Assembly (NCBI GenBank): GCA_951406725.2
Contig: OX597830.1
Coordinates: forward strand, 10,602,001-10,666,000
Source of the DNA: Octopus vulgaris
Lineage: Eukaryota
DNA length: 64,000 nucleotides
Reading direction: 5' to 3'
This document shows positions 36,500-50,160 of this stretch, in pieces. The translations under genes and the position numbers were made by a program. A model generated the notes under the pieces. The model was given only the letters and a program-made list of their open reading frames with translations, was not told the DNA's origin and did no database searches. The first letter of the stretch is position 1, and each line of letters begins with the position of its first letter.

Positions 36500-36862
36500 G
36501 CTTACAATTTTATTTATATATTTGCGTGGCTATGTGTGTAAAGAGGAAGTGGGAATGCAGAGTGAAAGAGTCACTCACTACAAAAAGTGAATTACTTTCA
36601 CTTTATTCGTTGCACACTGTGTGTGTGCGTGTGCGTGTGCTGTAGCCCACACTAAGAAAAGCGTTTGACTTATACACCACAATGTGAGTTTTCTATAAAT
36701 TTTGCTTAATTGGGGTTGAAATTTTAAAAAGTGGACCTGGCAAGATTCGATGCATTCTACTCTTAAAAATGCTAGGTAAATTGTAATTGAAGAAATCCTA
36801 TATTGTAGATTTCTATAAGAGACAAAGGGAGGCAGATAAAATCTGCCTTTTATAATAAGAGA
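36500..36862 (-). mobile_element. Helitron-like 5' terminal segment
   Basis: Minus strand A|TCTCTTATTATAAAAGGCAGATTTTATCTGCCT, a TC start followed by an AT-rich motif like the other Helitron 5' ends here. Confidence 0.5.
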
Positions 36863-36884
36863 TATATATATATATATATATATA

Positions 36885-37217
36885 TACAACAGGCTTTTTT
36901 CAGTTTCCATCCACCAAATCCACTCTCAAGGCTTTGGTTGGACCGAGGCTATAATAGAAGACACTTGCCCAAAGTGCCACACAGTGGGACTGAACCCAGA
37001 ACCATGTGGTTGGTAAGCAAGCTACTTACCACACAGCCACTCCTGCACCTATTTATTCATATTGCTTTGAATTTAATTATGCATTCCCGTTACGTAGTTA
37101 TTTATTTTTCGAATGACATTGTAGGGTCGTTGGGAGAGGTCAGATGTGGCCAGTTTATACATAAGACAGATAGAATATTTGGGCTGGATATGGTCAGTTT
37201 AAATGCTAAAGAGTTAA
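36885..37217 (-). mobile_element. SINE family O 5' half followed by a TTAA-MITE fragment
   Basis: SINE head to 37050; MITE ends ...AAATGCTAAAGAG-TTAA. Confidence 0.75.
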
Positions 37218-37540
37218 TGAAACACAAATTGGTCTTCTATGGTTTTAGCTTTGATGAAGGCAGCTTGCCATTGAACATTCCAACTGGATTGTAGTCATCC
37301 AGTGTGTGTGTGTGTGTATGTGTGTGTGTGAGAGAGAGAGAGAGAGATAGGGAGAGAAGGAGAAAATGTATAAAGCAAGAATATACACAAGATATACGTT
37401 TGTGCAATATGGAGGTTTTTCATCATTTGATTTTCACTTTTAATGGTTTACTATGTTCTAACAGCAAATACTTATTACACAAACTCAGAGTATCAACAGA
37501 AATTACACACAGCATAACAATACAATGTTTACACACTTCA

Positions 37541-37735
37541 AGGCAGCAAAATGCTTAGCGGTATTTCGTCAGTCTTTACGTTCCGAGTTCAAATTCTGCC
37601 AAGGTTGACTTGACTTTGCTTTTTATTTTTTCTGGGTTGAGAAATTAAGTACCAGTTGCGTACTGGGGTTGATCTAATCAATTGGACCCCTCCACCTAAA
37701 TTTCGGGCCTTGTGCCCAGAGTAGAAAAGAATATT
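37541..37735 (+). mobile_element. SINE family M, tail type A
   Basis: Core and tail match 34023-34240. Confidence 0.85.
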
Positions 37736-38282
37736 TACACTATTCTTCTGTATTGAATTCTTGTTCCTCTCCTTTATAATTTCAAATCTTTTGCCTTTTG
37801 TCTTTAATCTACTTCAGTCACATGACCACAAACATGCTGGGATACTGTCTTGAAGAGTTTAATCAAATGAATCAGTCTCTTTGCCAAACCACTAAGTTAC
37901 AAGGACATAAACAAAGAAACACTGGCAACCAAGCAGTGAGGTGGACAAACACTAACACATACACACACACACATAAACATAAACACACACACACATACAT
38001 AAATGTAAAATGCACCATACAAATGTAGTCAATGTCCGTGCCGCTTGACTGGCCAGCCTTGCCACACCCTGTGACTCACTGAATCTACCCAAGAACTATG
38101 TTAAGGGTACACGTGTCTGTGGAGTGCTCAGCCACTTGTATGTTAATTTCACGAGCAAGTTGTTCCATTGATTGGATAAACTGGAACCCTCGTTGTCGTA
38201 ACCGATAGAATGCAATACATAAATATATATACATATATATGCGTGCGTGTGTGTATGTATGTGTGTATGTGTGTGTGTGTGT

Positions 38283-38502
38283 ATTCTTTTACTCGTTTAT
38301 TTGCTTCAGTCATTTGATTGCGGCCATGCTGGAGCATCACCTTTAGTCAAACAAATCAACCCCAGGACTTAGTCTTTGTAAGCCTAGTGCTTATTCTATC
38401 AATCTCTTTTGCTGAACCGCTAGAGAACAAAGATGTAAACACCAGCATCGGTTGTCAAGTTGTCAAGTGATGGTGGGGAGGTAAACACAGTCACACAAAC
38501 AT

Positions 38503-38545
<43 letters not shown>

Positions 38546-38574
38546 CACATATATATATATATATACATACACAC

Positions 38575-38605
<31 letters not shown>

Positions 38606-38666
38606 CATACACATATATATATATATATATACATACACATATATATATATATATATATATACATAC

Positions 38667-38736
<70 letters not shown>

Positions 38737-38738
38737 CA

Positions 38739-38774
<36 letters not shown>

Positions 38775-38785
38775 TATATATACAT

Positions 38786-38820
<35 letters not shown>

Positions 38821-39097
38821 CACACATATATATATATATATATATACACATACACACACACACACATATACATACATACATACATACATACATACATACA
38901 TACATACATACATACATACATACATACATACATACATACATACATACATACATACATACATACATACATACATACATACATACATACATACATACATACA
39001 TACATACATACATACATACATACATACATACATACATACATACATACATACATACATACATACATACATACATACATACATACATACATACATACAT

Positions 39098-39146
<49 letters not shown>

Positions 39147-39290
39147 GGCTTCTTTCAGTTTCTGTCTACCAAATCCATTCACAAGGCTTTGGTCAGCATG
39201 AAGCTACAGAAGAAGACACCTGCTCAAGTTTCCACACAGTGGGACTGAACCCAGAACCATGCGGTTAGTAAGTAAGGCACTTACCACATA
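38283..39290 (-). mobile_element. SINE family O with internal microsatellite expanded to about 640 bp
   Basis: SINE halves at 38283-38500 and 39143-39290 flank (TA)n/(TACA)n. Confidence 0.88.
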
Positions 39291-40093
39291 TATATGTATA
39301 CATGTATATCAGGAAAAATCCACCAGTCTGATAAAAGACATCTCGAAAAGTCAAAAGTGAAATATATAAACAAAAGAAAGATAAAAATGAAAAAAAAGAT
39401 AAAGACCGATTTCTGTTATTTCTTTGAATAATTGGATTAAAAGTTTGGAAATAAAAGTGAAAAGCAACTGTAATCAAGAGGAATTCCAATATTTGAATTT
39501 AATAATTTTATGGGAAAAAAATTCCAATTTCACTCTAATTCTCATTTTACACATAAATACACAGGTGTAAATATCTGTGTCTATATGTGTGTGTGTGTGC
39601 GTGTGTGTGTGTGTTTGTGTAAGCATGAGTATTAACGCACCCAAATATTATGTGTATATTCATATATATATATATATATATATATATACAACACACATAT
39701 ATATACACACACATAAATATATATACGTATATTCACATATATGTGTGTTTATCTACAGATATATGTAGTTATATATGTATATGCATATACATGAAGGCAT
39801 ATATATATATATATATATATGTATATAGATAGATAAATAGATAGATAGATAGATAGAAAGATAGATGTATGTATGCGTACATGTGAAAGTGTGTGTGTAT
39901 ATGTATTTGCCAGTACATGTATATACGTGTATATAAGTATGTACTATATATATGTGTGTGTGTATGTATATATATATATATGTATATGTATATATATATA
40001 TGTGAGTGTGTGTGTGTGTGTGTGTGTGTTTATAAATATACATATGTACTTATATATACCTACATATTTATATACATACACATACATAGATAC

Positions 40094-40127
<34 letters not shown>

Positions 40128-40133
40128 ACTCAT

Positions 40134-40187
<54 letters not shown>

Positions 40188-40242
40188 ACTCATACACACA
40201 TACATACATGCACACACAGACATACAGACATCCATACTTATA

Positions 40243-40276
<34 letters not shown>

Positions 40277-40437
40277 GCACATGTACACACATCTACTTGT
40301 TATATTTCCACCGTTTTATTTAATTTGTAGATTTGTTGAAAAAAAAACTAAAATAAATAAATAAATAAAACAGAAATGCAAAGAACATTTTGTGACCTGT
40401 AATTCTTGCTTCTATTGAATGGAAAACGTCTTTGCAA

Positions 40438-40469
<32 letters not shown>

Positions 40470-40875
40470 TGTGTGTGTGTGTGTTCTATGTTTAGAATTA
40501 GGCAGACAGTAGGTTAATTCTTGGTGTCAGTGTGACATTGGCAGAGAAAGACAGAAGTCGGCTAAGCTCTTTCACATGTCTTCTATGGAACCATCTTCCA
40601 TACATGTACCCTTACACATCAGCCATGGCATGAATGGAAAGACAGCGTCTGTGTGGAGGCATGCTTGTGTGTGTGTGTGAGTGTGTGTGTGTTAGTGTGT
40701 TTCTATGTATGTATGCTTCTGTACGTGTGTGTGTGTCTGCATACTTAGCTATACGTGTGTTTATATATGTTTATATATGTATGTATTTGCTAATGTGCAT
40801 ATGAGAATGTGTGACTGTGTGTGTATGCGTGTGTGTAAGTGACTGCCTGTGTATGTGTGTGTGTATGTATTTGTC

Positions 40876-40907
<32 letters not shown>

Positions 40908-41707
40908 CAGCTGTGTGTATGTGAGATTGTGAGTAACTCTGTGTGTGTGTATAAGTGTGAGTGTGTGTGTGTGTGTGAATGACTGTATGTATGTGTGTGT
41001 GTATGTGTGCATCTGTATGTATATCTGCATACACGTATTATATATGTGTGTGTGTGTGTCTACGTATATATGGATGTGTGTGTGTGTATATATAAATATA
41101 TATATGTATATATATGCATGTATGTATTATGTATGTATGTATAACATGCACATTATCCATGTATTACATATTTTTGGCAAGTGTGTATTTGAGAGTGGGA
41201 GTGAATGTGTGCGTGTGTGTCTGTATGAGTGTGTGTCTATATGGATGTATATTTCTGATTGCTTGTGTGTATATATGTACATGTATAGATTTATATATAT
41301 ATGTATGTATTTGTGAGTGTGTGTATGTGTGTGTGTGTATGTGAGTGCATATATGTGTATGTATCATATATACATACATGTGTGTGTGTGTATGTATAAG
41401 TTTGCGTGTGTATTTGTGAGAGAGAGTGTGTGTGTGTACGTGCCTGCATATTTATGTATGTGTGCATTTATATATGTATGTATGTATGTATATATATCTA
41501 TGCGTGTACGTGAGTGTCTGTATGTGTGAGTGTATTCATGCACATATGCGTCAATGTGTGTGTGTGTATATACATTTGTATGAATGCATTATCTATGTAT
41601 GTATGCATACATCTTTCTATGTGTGTATTTATGTATGCATTAATGAATATATGGATATATAAAAGTGTGTGTATATGTATATATGCATGAGCGTGTGTGT
41701 GTATTCT

Positions 41708-41904
41708 TATATTCTTTTACTTGTTTCAGTCATTTGACTGCAGCCATGCTGGAGCACCACCCTCAGTCGAACAAATCGACCCCAGGACTTATTCTTTGTA
41801 AGCCTAGAACTTATTCTATCAGTCTCTTTTGCCAAACTGCTAAGTTGCAAAAACGTAAACACAGCAGTATTGGTTGTCAAGGGATGGTGGAGGGACAAGC
41901 ACAG

Positions 41905-41945
<41 letters not shown>

Positions 41946-42090
41946 CGTCAGGCTTCTTTCAGTTTCCATCTACCACTCAGAAGGCTTCAGTTGGCTCGAG
42001 GCTATAGTAGAAGACACTTGTCCAAGGTGCCACGCAGTGGGACTGAACTCGGAACCATGTGGTTCATAAGCAAGGTACTTACTACACAAC
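41708..42090 (-). mobile_element. SINE family O
   Basis: Nearly full-length match. Confidence 0.9.
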
Positions 42091-42125
<35 letters not shown>

Positions 42126-42458
42126 GTGTCTGTGTGTGTACGTATATATTATTCAATGTATGCATATGCATATGTATTTATATATGTATGCACGATTCTG
42201 TGTGTGTACATGCATACATGTGCATTTATATATATATGTATGTAGGTAGTTAGGCCAGAGTGTATGTGTGTATGTGAGCATGTACGGAACGAGATGAAAA
42301 AATCATGAAGGTTGAAAAAGGGGATGGGATGTAGGAGGATGGGTCATAGACGGAAAGGCAGACAAACAGACATAATTTGAGAGACAGGTGGGCAGATATA
42401 CAGACAGACACAGACAGGTATAAACACTGTCATCAATGGATAGATAAATACATACATA

Positions 42459-42838
42459 GGCGCAGGAGTGGCTGTGTGGTAAGTAGCTTGCTAACCAACC
42501 ACATGGTTCCGGGTTCAGTCCCACTGCGTGGCATCTTGGGCAAGTGTCTTCTACTATAGCCCCGGGCCGACCAATGCCTTGTGAGTGGATTTGGTAGACG
42601 GAAACTGAAAGAAGCCTGTCGTATATATGTATATGTGTTTGTCCCCCTAGCATTGCTTGACAACCGATGCTGGTGTGTTTATGTCCCCGTTACTTAGCGG
42701 TTCGGCAAAAGAGACCGATAGAATAAGTACTGGGCTTACAAAAAAAGAATAAGTCCCGGGGTCGAGTTGCTCAATTAAAGGCGGTGCTCCAGCATGGCCG
42801 GAGTCAAATGACTGAAACAAGTAAAAGAGTAAAATAGT
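42459..42838 (+). mobile_element. SINE family O (young, reference copy)
   Basis: GGCGCAGGAGTGGCTGTGTGGTAAG (A box)...GGGTTCAGTCCC (B box)...CTTGGGCAAGTG (CORE-like)...GCGGTGCTCCAGCATGGCC...CTGAAACAAGTAAAAGAG. Confidence 0.93.
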
Positions 42839-42859
42839 ATATATATATTATAAAAGCAG

Positions 42860-43163
42860 AAAGCTAGACAGCGAGACGTAAATAGACTGACAGACAGACA
42901 GATACATTGAGGGATGGGGGGATAGAGAGATGGCTGGATAGGCAGACAGACAGGCAGACAAGCAGGTTTGGACAGGGTGACAGACTGACAGTGATAAATA
43001 CATGGGCAGACAGACAGGGAGACAAACAGACAGGCAGACAGATTTAGACAGAGACAGACAGACAGTGAAAATAGATGGACAAGGAGGCACACAAATAGTC
43101 AGTGATGATTACATGGACAAAGAGACAGACAGGCAGGTAAGCAGACAGGTAGACAGGCAGACT

Positions 43164-43209
<46 letters not shown>

Positions 43210-43373
43210 TAGATAGATAGATGGATGGATGGATGGATGGATAGATAGATGGACAGATAGACGGGTAGACAGACAGATAGATAGATAGGTAGGTGGGTAG
43301 GTAGGTAGTTATGTAGGTAGATGGATAGACAGATAGATGGATGGATGGATGGATAGGTAGGTAGGTAGGTAGG

Positions 43374-43404
<31 letters not shown>

Positions 43405-43465
43405 TTAGATAGGTAGGTAGGTAGGTAGGTAGGTAGGTAGGTAGGTACGTAGGGAGGTAGGTAGG

Positions 43466-43554
<89 letters not shown>

Positions 43555-43580
43555 GGATGGATGGATAGACAGACTTACAA
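42860..43580. repeat. compound (GACA)n/(GATA)n/(GGTA)n/(GGAT)n tetranucleotide tract
   Basis: Direct inspection. Confidence 0.92.
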
Positions 43581-44223
43581 ATACATAAGCAGAAAAACAG
43601 GTAAACTGATAGAGAGAGGTAGATAGATTGGAAGAGAGACTGCTGGAAAGATATAGGCAGATAGATACAGAAGGATGGATAGATAATAAGAGACAGCAGG
43701 ATGAAGAGAGAGATGGATATGGAGAAATAGATATGTTACATAACAGACAGGTAAGTAGAAGGATAGACAGAGAGAGAGAGAGAGAGAGATTTTAAAGTGA
43801 GAGAGAAAAACTGAATACAGGTGAAGGAGGAGCAAAGGAGGTAAGTAGGAAACAACTTCGTTAACCAACATTAATTGAGGAGGAAGGCTAGGCACACCTG
43901 AATGGTTATAAAAAGACAGGTGAGATATAAAAGCCATTGACTTATGGATGGTAGTGAGATGTGTATATGCACTCAAGCTGGTCTGGATAACAATAATTGC
44001 AATGAAGGGAGTGTGTGGTGGTGGTGGTTGTCAGTGGTGGTGGTGGTTGTCGGTGGTGGTGGTGGTTGTCGGTGGTGGTGGTGGTTGTCGGTGGTGGTGG
44101 TGGTTGTCGGTGGTGGTGGTGGTGGAGGGGAACAAACAGAAGAGAAAAAGTATTGGAAGATTATTGCACAAGGTGAGAAGTCTTAAGTAGAAGCTGAAGT
44201 GATGCACAAGATTCTAAACAAAA

Positions 44224-44276
<53 letters not shown>

Positions 44277-44297
44277 TACATGCAAAGACATATACAA

Positions 44298-44336
<39 letters not shown>

Positions 44337-44453
44337 CATGAATGAATGTATTTACATGTATTTGTGCATGTATGCATATATATATAATATAAATAATATA
44401 TATATATGCGTATATACTTATTATTTGATTGAACGCCATGCATCCATTTCCCA

Positions 44454-44484
<31 letters not shown>

Positions 44485-44664
44485 CTGAGAGAGAGAGAGA
44501 GAGGGGGAGAGAAGGACACTCATATGTAAGTATAGAAATATATATGCATATATATATTTATAAATATATACATTCATATGAATACACACAGACATCATAT
44601 GTATATATATATATATTCTTTTTCTATGTATATATATATGTGTGTGCATTTATTTCTATATATG

Positions 44665-44712
<48 letters not shown>

Positions 44713-44758
44713 TGTATGTGTGTGTTTGTGTGCATGCACACATAACATACAAACACAC

Positions 44759-44795
<37 letters not shown>

Positions 44796-45180
44796 TATGA
44801 GTCTCGAAGCTCACTCTGATAGCACTCAAGTGCTTCCTTACCAATAGTCACACTCTTCCCAGATATATTCCTACCTAACAACCATCTCAGACAATTTCTG
44901 TTGCAACTATTCAACCAATCTCCCATTTCTCTGGTGGCTGGTCTATTGTTCCCCTCATACAAAGTAGCTTTGCCCTGCCTCGTGTCCCATAAATGTTTAA
45001 CTTAATGAGTTTATGCACATCTCTTTGTAGCCATTCCTTAGCTTCCAACCTATGGAAAGTCACATGGACTGTCTCCGCTCTTCCCTGAATTTCTGTCAAA
45101 GAAGCAAATAATGAAAGCGTATAACCAAAACAAGCAAAATACTGACAATCCGCAATAAGGATTGCTTGAGGTAGATGAAT

Positions 45181-45590
45181 ACTCTCTTTTACTCTTTTAC
45201 TTGTTTCAGTCATTTGACTGCGGCCATGCTGGAGCACCGCCTTTAGTCGAGCAAATCGACCCCGGGACTTATTCTTTTTGTAAGCCCAGTACTTATTCTA
45301 TCGGTCTGTTTTTGCCGAACCACTAAGTGACTGGGATGTAAACACACCAGCATCGGTTGTCAAGCAATGCTAGGGGAACAAACACAGACACACAAACACA
45401 CACACATATATATATATACATATATACAACAGGCTTCTTTCAGTTTCCATCTACCAAATCCACTCACAAGGCATTGGTCGGCTCGGGGCTATAGCAGAAG
45501 ACACTTGCCCAAGATGCCACGCAGTGGGACTGAACCCGGAACCATGTGGTTGGTTAGCAAGCTACTTACCACACAGCCACTCCTGCGCCC
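45181..45590 (-). mobile_element. SINE family O (young)
   Basis: Full-length and close to 42459-42838. Confidence 0.92.
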
Positions 45591-45792
45591 AGTTTTATTT
45601 CAGAGAAACCTACCTAGAGTTAATTTATGGTGCAAGTACCTAAAAACAATTAATCTACATTATATTTCAATTAATGATAAAAGGAGTACTTTTCAAATCC
45701 AAGGTATGCATATCCAGTAAGCATATTATAATCCTTCCAGGGCAAGGATTACAATTAAGTAATTAGATTTGAGTAAAACAGAAGCCAAATTT

Positions 45793-45904
45793 ATGTTACG
45801 CACGTTTCTGTAAATGAATTTTATGTATTCCCTATAACATACAAAGTCATGCAATATAAGCCACACATGTAATAACATTGTAGTTCAGTCACTTCTTCAG
45901 ACAT
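45793..45904 (-). ncRNA. type I hammerhead ribozyme motif with 85-nt stem II region
   Basis: Minus strand: ATGT-CTGAAGA-A-GTGACTGAA...TTCATTTAC-A-GAAA-CGTGCG-TA^-ACAT. Stem I ATGT/ACAT, near-palindromic stem III, GUA triplet. Confidence 0.65.
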
Positions 45905-45959
45905 CCTGATTAGAATACCAATCAACTGATGAGGAGATGAAGTTACAATGATATTATTG

Positions 45960-46200
45960 CATATAGTGAGAATTTACAAAAAAACAAAAGACGAAGACGG
46001 GTGTAGAAACTACAAAACATGTATTAGTTTAATGTTTGGGAAGTGAGAAAATCTTTTACATTTCGAGCCTATGCTCTTCAACAGAAAGGAACATGGAAAT
46101 AAACAGGGAAAGAAAATAGAAAAAGGTTTAGTGGCTAGTGATCTATCATGGCGAATGCCGGACAGAAGGGGTGACATAGGAAAGCTAAGAAAAAGGGGAG
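45960..46200 (-). mobile_element. Penelope pLTR-like repeat containing a minimal hammerhead variant (46053-46088)
   Basis: Minus strand CTTT-CTGTTGAA-GAGC-ATAG-GCTC-GAAATGTA^-AAAG; second copy at 53043-53200. Confidence 0.6.
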
Positions 46201-46451
46201 ATAATAAAATAATGGTGATCCCAAAACGAAGGTGTCATGCATGTATATGTGAGAGCATGTATGCACATGTGGAAGTAGGCTGGTAACATTGACGTATGCA
46301 TGTGTACATCTGTAGGTGTTGCATAACTTTGTATATAATATAGAATAAATAAAATTCGTTTTACAGAAATGTACATAATATAAATTTTGATTCTTTTTTC
46401 CTAAATTAAATTAATTATGTAAAGATATATACAAACATACATATATGCATC

Positions 46452-46485
<34 letters not shown>

Positions 46486-46571
46486 CATAAATGTATGCAT
46501 GTATGTATGTGTGTGCATATATATAAGTGTGTGTGTCTATACATATATGTATGTATTTATGTATGTATGTT

Positions 46572-46858
46572 TGTAGTTGGTGCCAGTCCTGCGGCACTGG
46601 CACCCATGCCTGTGGAACGTAAAGAGCATCATTCGAGCATGGTCGATGCCAGTGCCATCTGACTGGCCCCCATGCTTGTGGCATGTACAAAGCACCCTCT
46701 ACACTCTTGGAGTGGTTGGCATTAGGACGGGCATCCAGCTGTAGAAACTCTGCCAGATCAGATTGGAGCATGGCGCAGCCTCCTGGCTTGCCAGTTCTCA
46801 GTCGAACCGTCCAACCCATGCCAGCATGGAAAGCAGACGTTAGATGATGATGATGATG
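46572..46858 (+). mobile_element. RTE LINE 3' tail
   Basis: Matches 2440-2667; ends (GAT)n. Confidence 0.85.
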
Positions 46859-47736
46859 AATGTGTGTATGTGTGTATGTATGTAAGTGCATATTTGAGTT
46901 TATGTCCATGCATGCATACATGTATGTATGTGTGTGCATATGACTGTGTATCTATGCATGTATGAATGTGTGTATGATGTATTTATATATGCATGTATGT
47001 GTGTGTGTGTACATATATGAGTTTGTGTCCATGCATGCATGTATGTAAATATGTATGTGCATATATGAGTTTGTGTCTATGCATGTATGTATGTATGCTT
47101 GTATGTATGTGCATATATGAGTTTGTGTCTATGCATACATGCATGTATGTATGTATATTTGTGTAAGATTATATGAGTTCATGTCCATAAATGCATACAT
47201 GTATGTATGCATGTATATATATATATATTTTACATGTCATGTTATAAAGGAGCACTTTCTCAGGTTTAGAAGTTCTGACAAAAATTTAAAAGAAACACCA
47301 ATAAAAATGAAATATGCAGCTTCACAGAACTAACAACAAACACTAAAGGTCTGCCGCCAAAGTGTTCTCATCCTCATCAGCAAGAAACTACACAGAAAAG
47401 ATACAACATCACAATGGTACAACGATACAGAGAAAGATCTATCAAACATTACTCAGAGACACTGCTTTAGATTTCCAGGCCTTTCTGGTTTGGTGTTAGC
47501 AATATTTGTGGGGATAAATACATAAAGATTTGTGGTGGACACGAAGACAGACATACATGCATGCAGATATGCATATTCATATAGGTACATATACGATACA
47601 AATGTGCACTTTGCTCACAGCGTGCACACGTTTGTATATACAAATGCATATGCGTTCAGAGAGAGTGTTGTAATGTTAGAAGATTCAAAATTATGCCGAA
47701 TGCATGTGCAGCAGATACATGAGTGCATATATGCAA

Positions 47737-47768
<32 letters not shown>

Positions 47769-47920
47769 TCACATGTATGTATATATATATATATATATAT
47801 ATATTCACATGCATAAATATATATATATATATATATATGGCCACTGCTCTGAGCTGAAACAAGAAAAACGAACTATATACACACACATTTGTGATGTATG
47901 TGGCTACATTACTCAAGATT

Positions 47921-47989
<69 letters not shown>

Positions 47990-48268
47990 CATATATATAT
48001 ACATATATATATATATACAGGCATATATGTATGTATGTATATATACAGATACATACTTCACACAGGTGTACATATATATATATATATATATACATCATAA
48101 GTATATATATATGTATATATATACTTATGATGTATGTGGCCACATTATTCGAGATTGTATATGTACAAATATACAGACATATATGTATGAGTGTGTGTAT
48201 GTGTATATATATATATATATATATACATATATATACATGCACATATATGCATATATATGCATGTGTCT

Positions 48269-48347
<79 letters not shown>

Positions 48348-48418
48348 GCAGATATATGCCAGTGTATAAATATTAGCTACACAATACAGACACATGTATA
48401 TATACCTGTGTATATGTT

Positions 48419-48459
<41 letters not shown>

Positions 48460-48758
48460 GTGTATATGTTTATATATACATGTATATGTTTATATATACA
48501 TATATATATATATACATATGTATATGAATACATATACATAAACAGATATATGTATATAAATGCACATAGACATATACATATATTTCACATATTTGAGAAA
48601 AAAAAAAGACCTTTCCATTTGAAAGAATCTTTGTGTAATCTTTTGAATATAAAACGACAAAAACATACATTTGTCAGAAGTAGTGAGTACAAAATTTGAA
48701 ATCCATCTCACATGTTTGAACCAAGCAATGTGAAAAAAATACAACATAACACTCACAG

Positions 48759-48801
<43 letters not shown>

Positions 48802-48997
48802 GATATACACATGTATTGATATGGCAGCATGAAACATGGGCATTTGATGATGATGATGATGATGTTGATGATGACATATATGCATGTGTGTGCATACACA
48901 CATGCACATGCAGAAATGCATGTATATAGCATCATCTGTATTCTTCAACTCCAAAAGTATTAAGAATTTTTGAAGCTTTCTAAACATATATATATAC

Positions 48998-49032
<35 letters not shown>

Positions 49033-49037
49033 CATAA

Positions 49038-49094
<57 letters not shown>

Positions 49095-49120
49095 CGTATA
49101 TATATACGTATATATATATG

Positions 49121-49243
<123 letters not shown>

Positions 49244-49879
49244 CTGTATATATTAACATGTGTAATAGTGAGCAGTATATAAGTGTGTGTATATATGTAT
49301 GCATGTGTCTGCATATATCCACATATGTCTATTGTCTCAAAGCTCACATGCGAGACATTGTGAAACTCTTTGTAATGACGGAATGAATTCTTTGACAGTT
49401 TTCCAATAAAGATATACTCTATATCATGTACTGGGTGCTCGTTTCCTTCTTTTGTACCTATATACTTTCACACACACACACACATATATATATATGTGTG
49501 TGAACATATGTGTGTATACATATATGTTTATATATATATACACACACATAGCTGTAATTGTGTGTGTGTGTGTGTGTTGTACCTGTAATTCAAAGGGCCT
49601 ACCTTATCATGTTCTGTCATGCTGGGTCTCCCTGAGAACTACATTAAGGGCACACGTGACCATGGAGTACTCAGCCACTTGCACATTAATTTCACAAGCA
49701 GGCTGTTCCATTGATTGGATCAACTGGAACACACAACATTGAACAGAGCTCCAGTTTATATATCTTGTCTATCTTGATATGAGATCACCATATTGTGCAC
49801 ATATGGTTGTGGTGCATGTGCTTGGTGTACCCTCGTATATTTTACCCCACTTTGATGGCATACACTGCTCTCTCACTCA

Positions 49880-50160
49880 ATAATAATAATAATGATAATA
49901 ACAATGATGATGGTCTTGGTATAAAAGATGGGCTACAGCAAATATTCTGCTCAATACCACAGATTTGCTTGTCAGTTGTTTGACCTTAACCAGTTGAGCA
50001 GGTCCCTTGGTGTACCATGTGTCAGGTGTCAAAGAGATCACAGAGCAACACGGAATGAAGTGCTTTTTGCTCAAGAACACAATGAACCACCCCAGTCTAG
50101 GAGTTGAAACCACAATCTCACGATCACGAGTGCAACACCCTAAACACCAGGCCATGCACC
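49880..50160 (-). mobile_element. CORE-like SINE related to family C, with a different 3' part
   Basis: Minus strand GCATGGCCTGGTG...TGTGTTCTTGAGCAAAAAGCACTTCAT. Confidence 0.65.
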
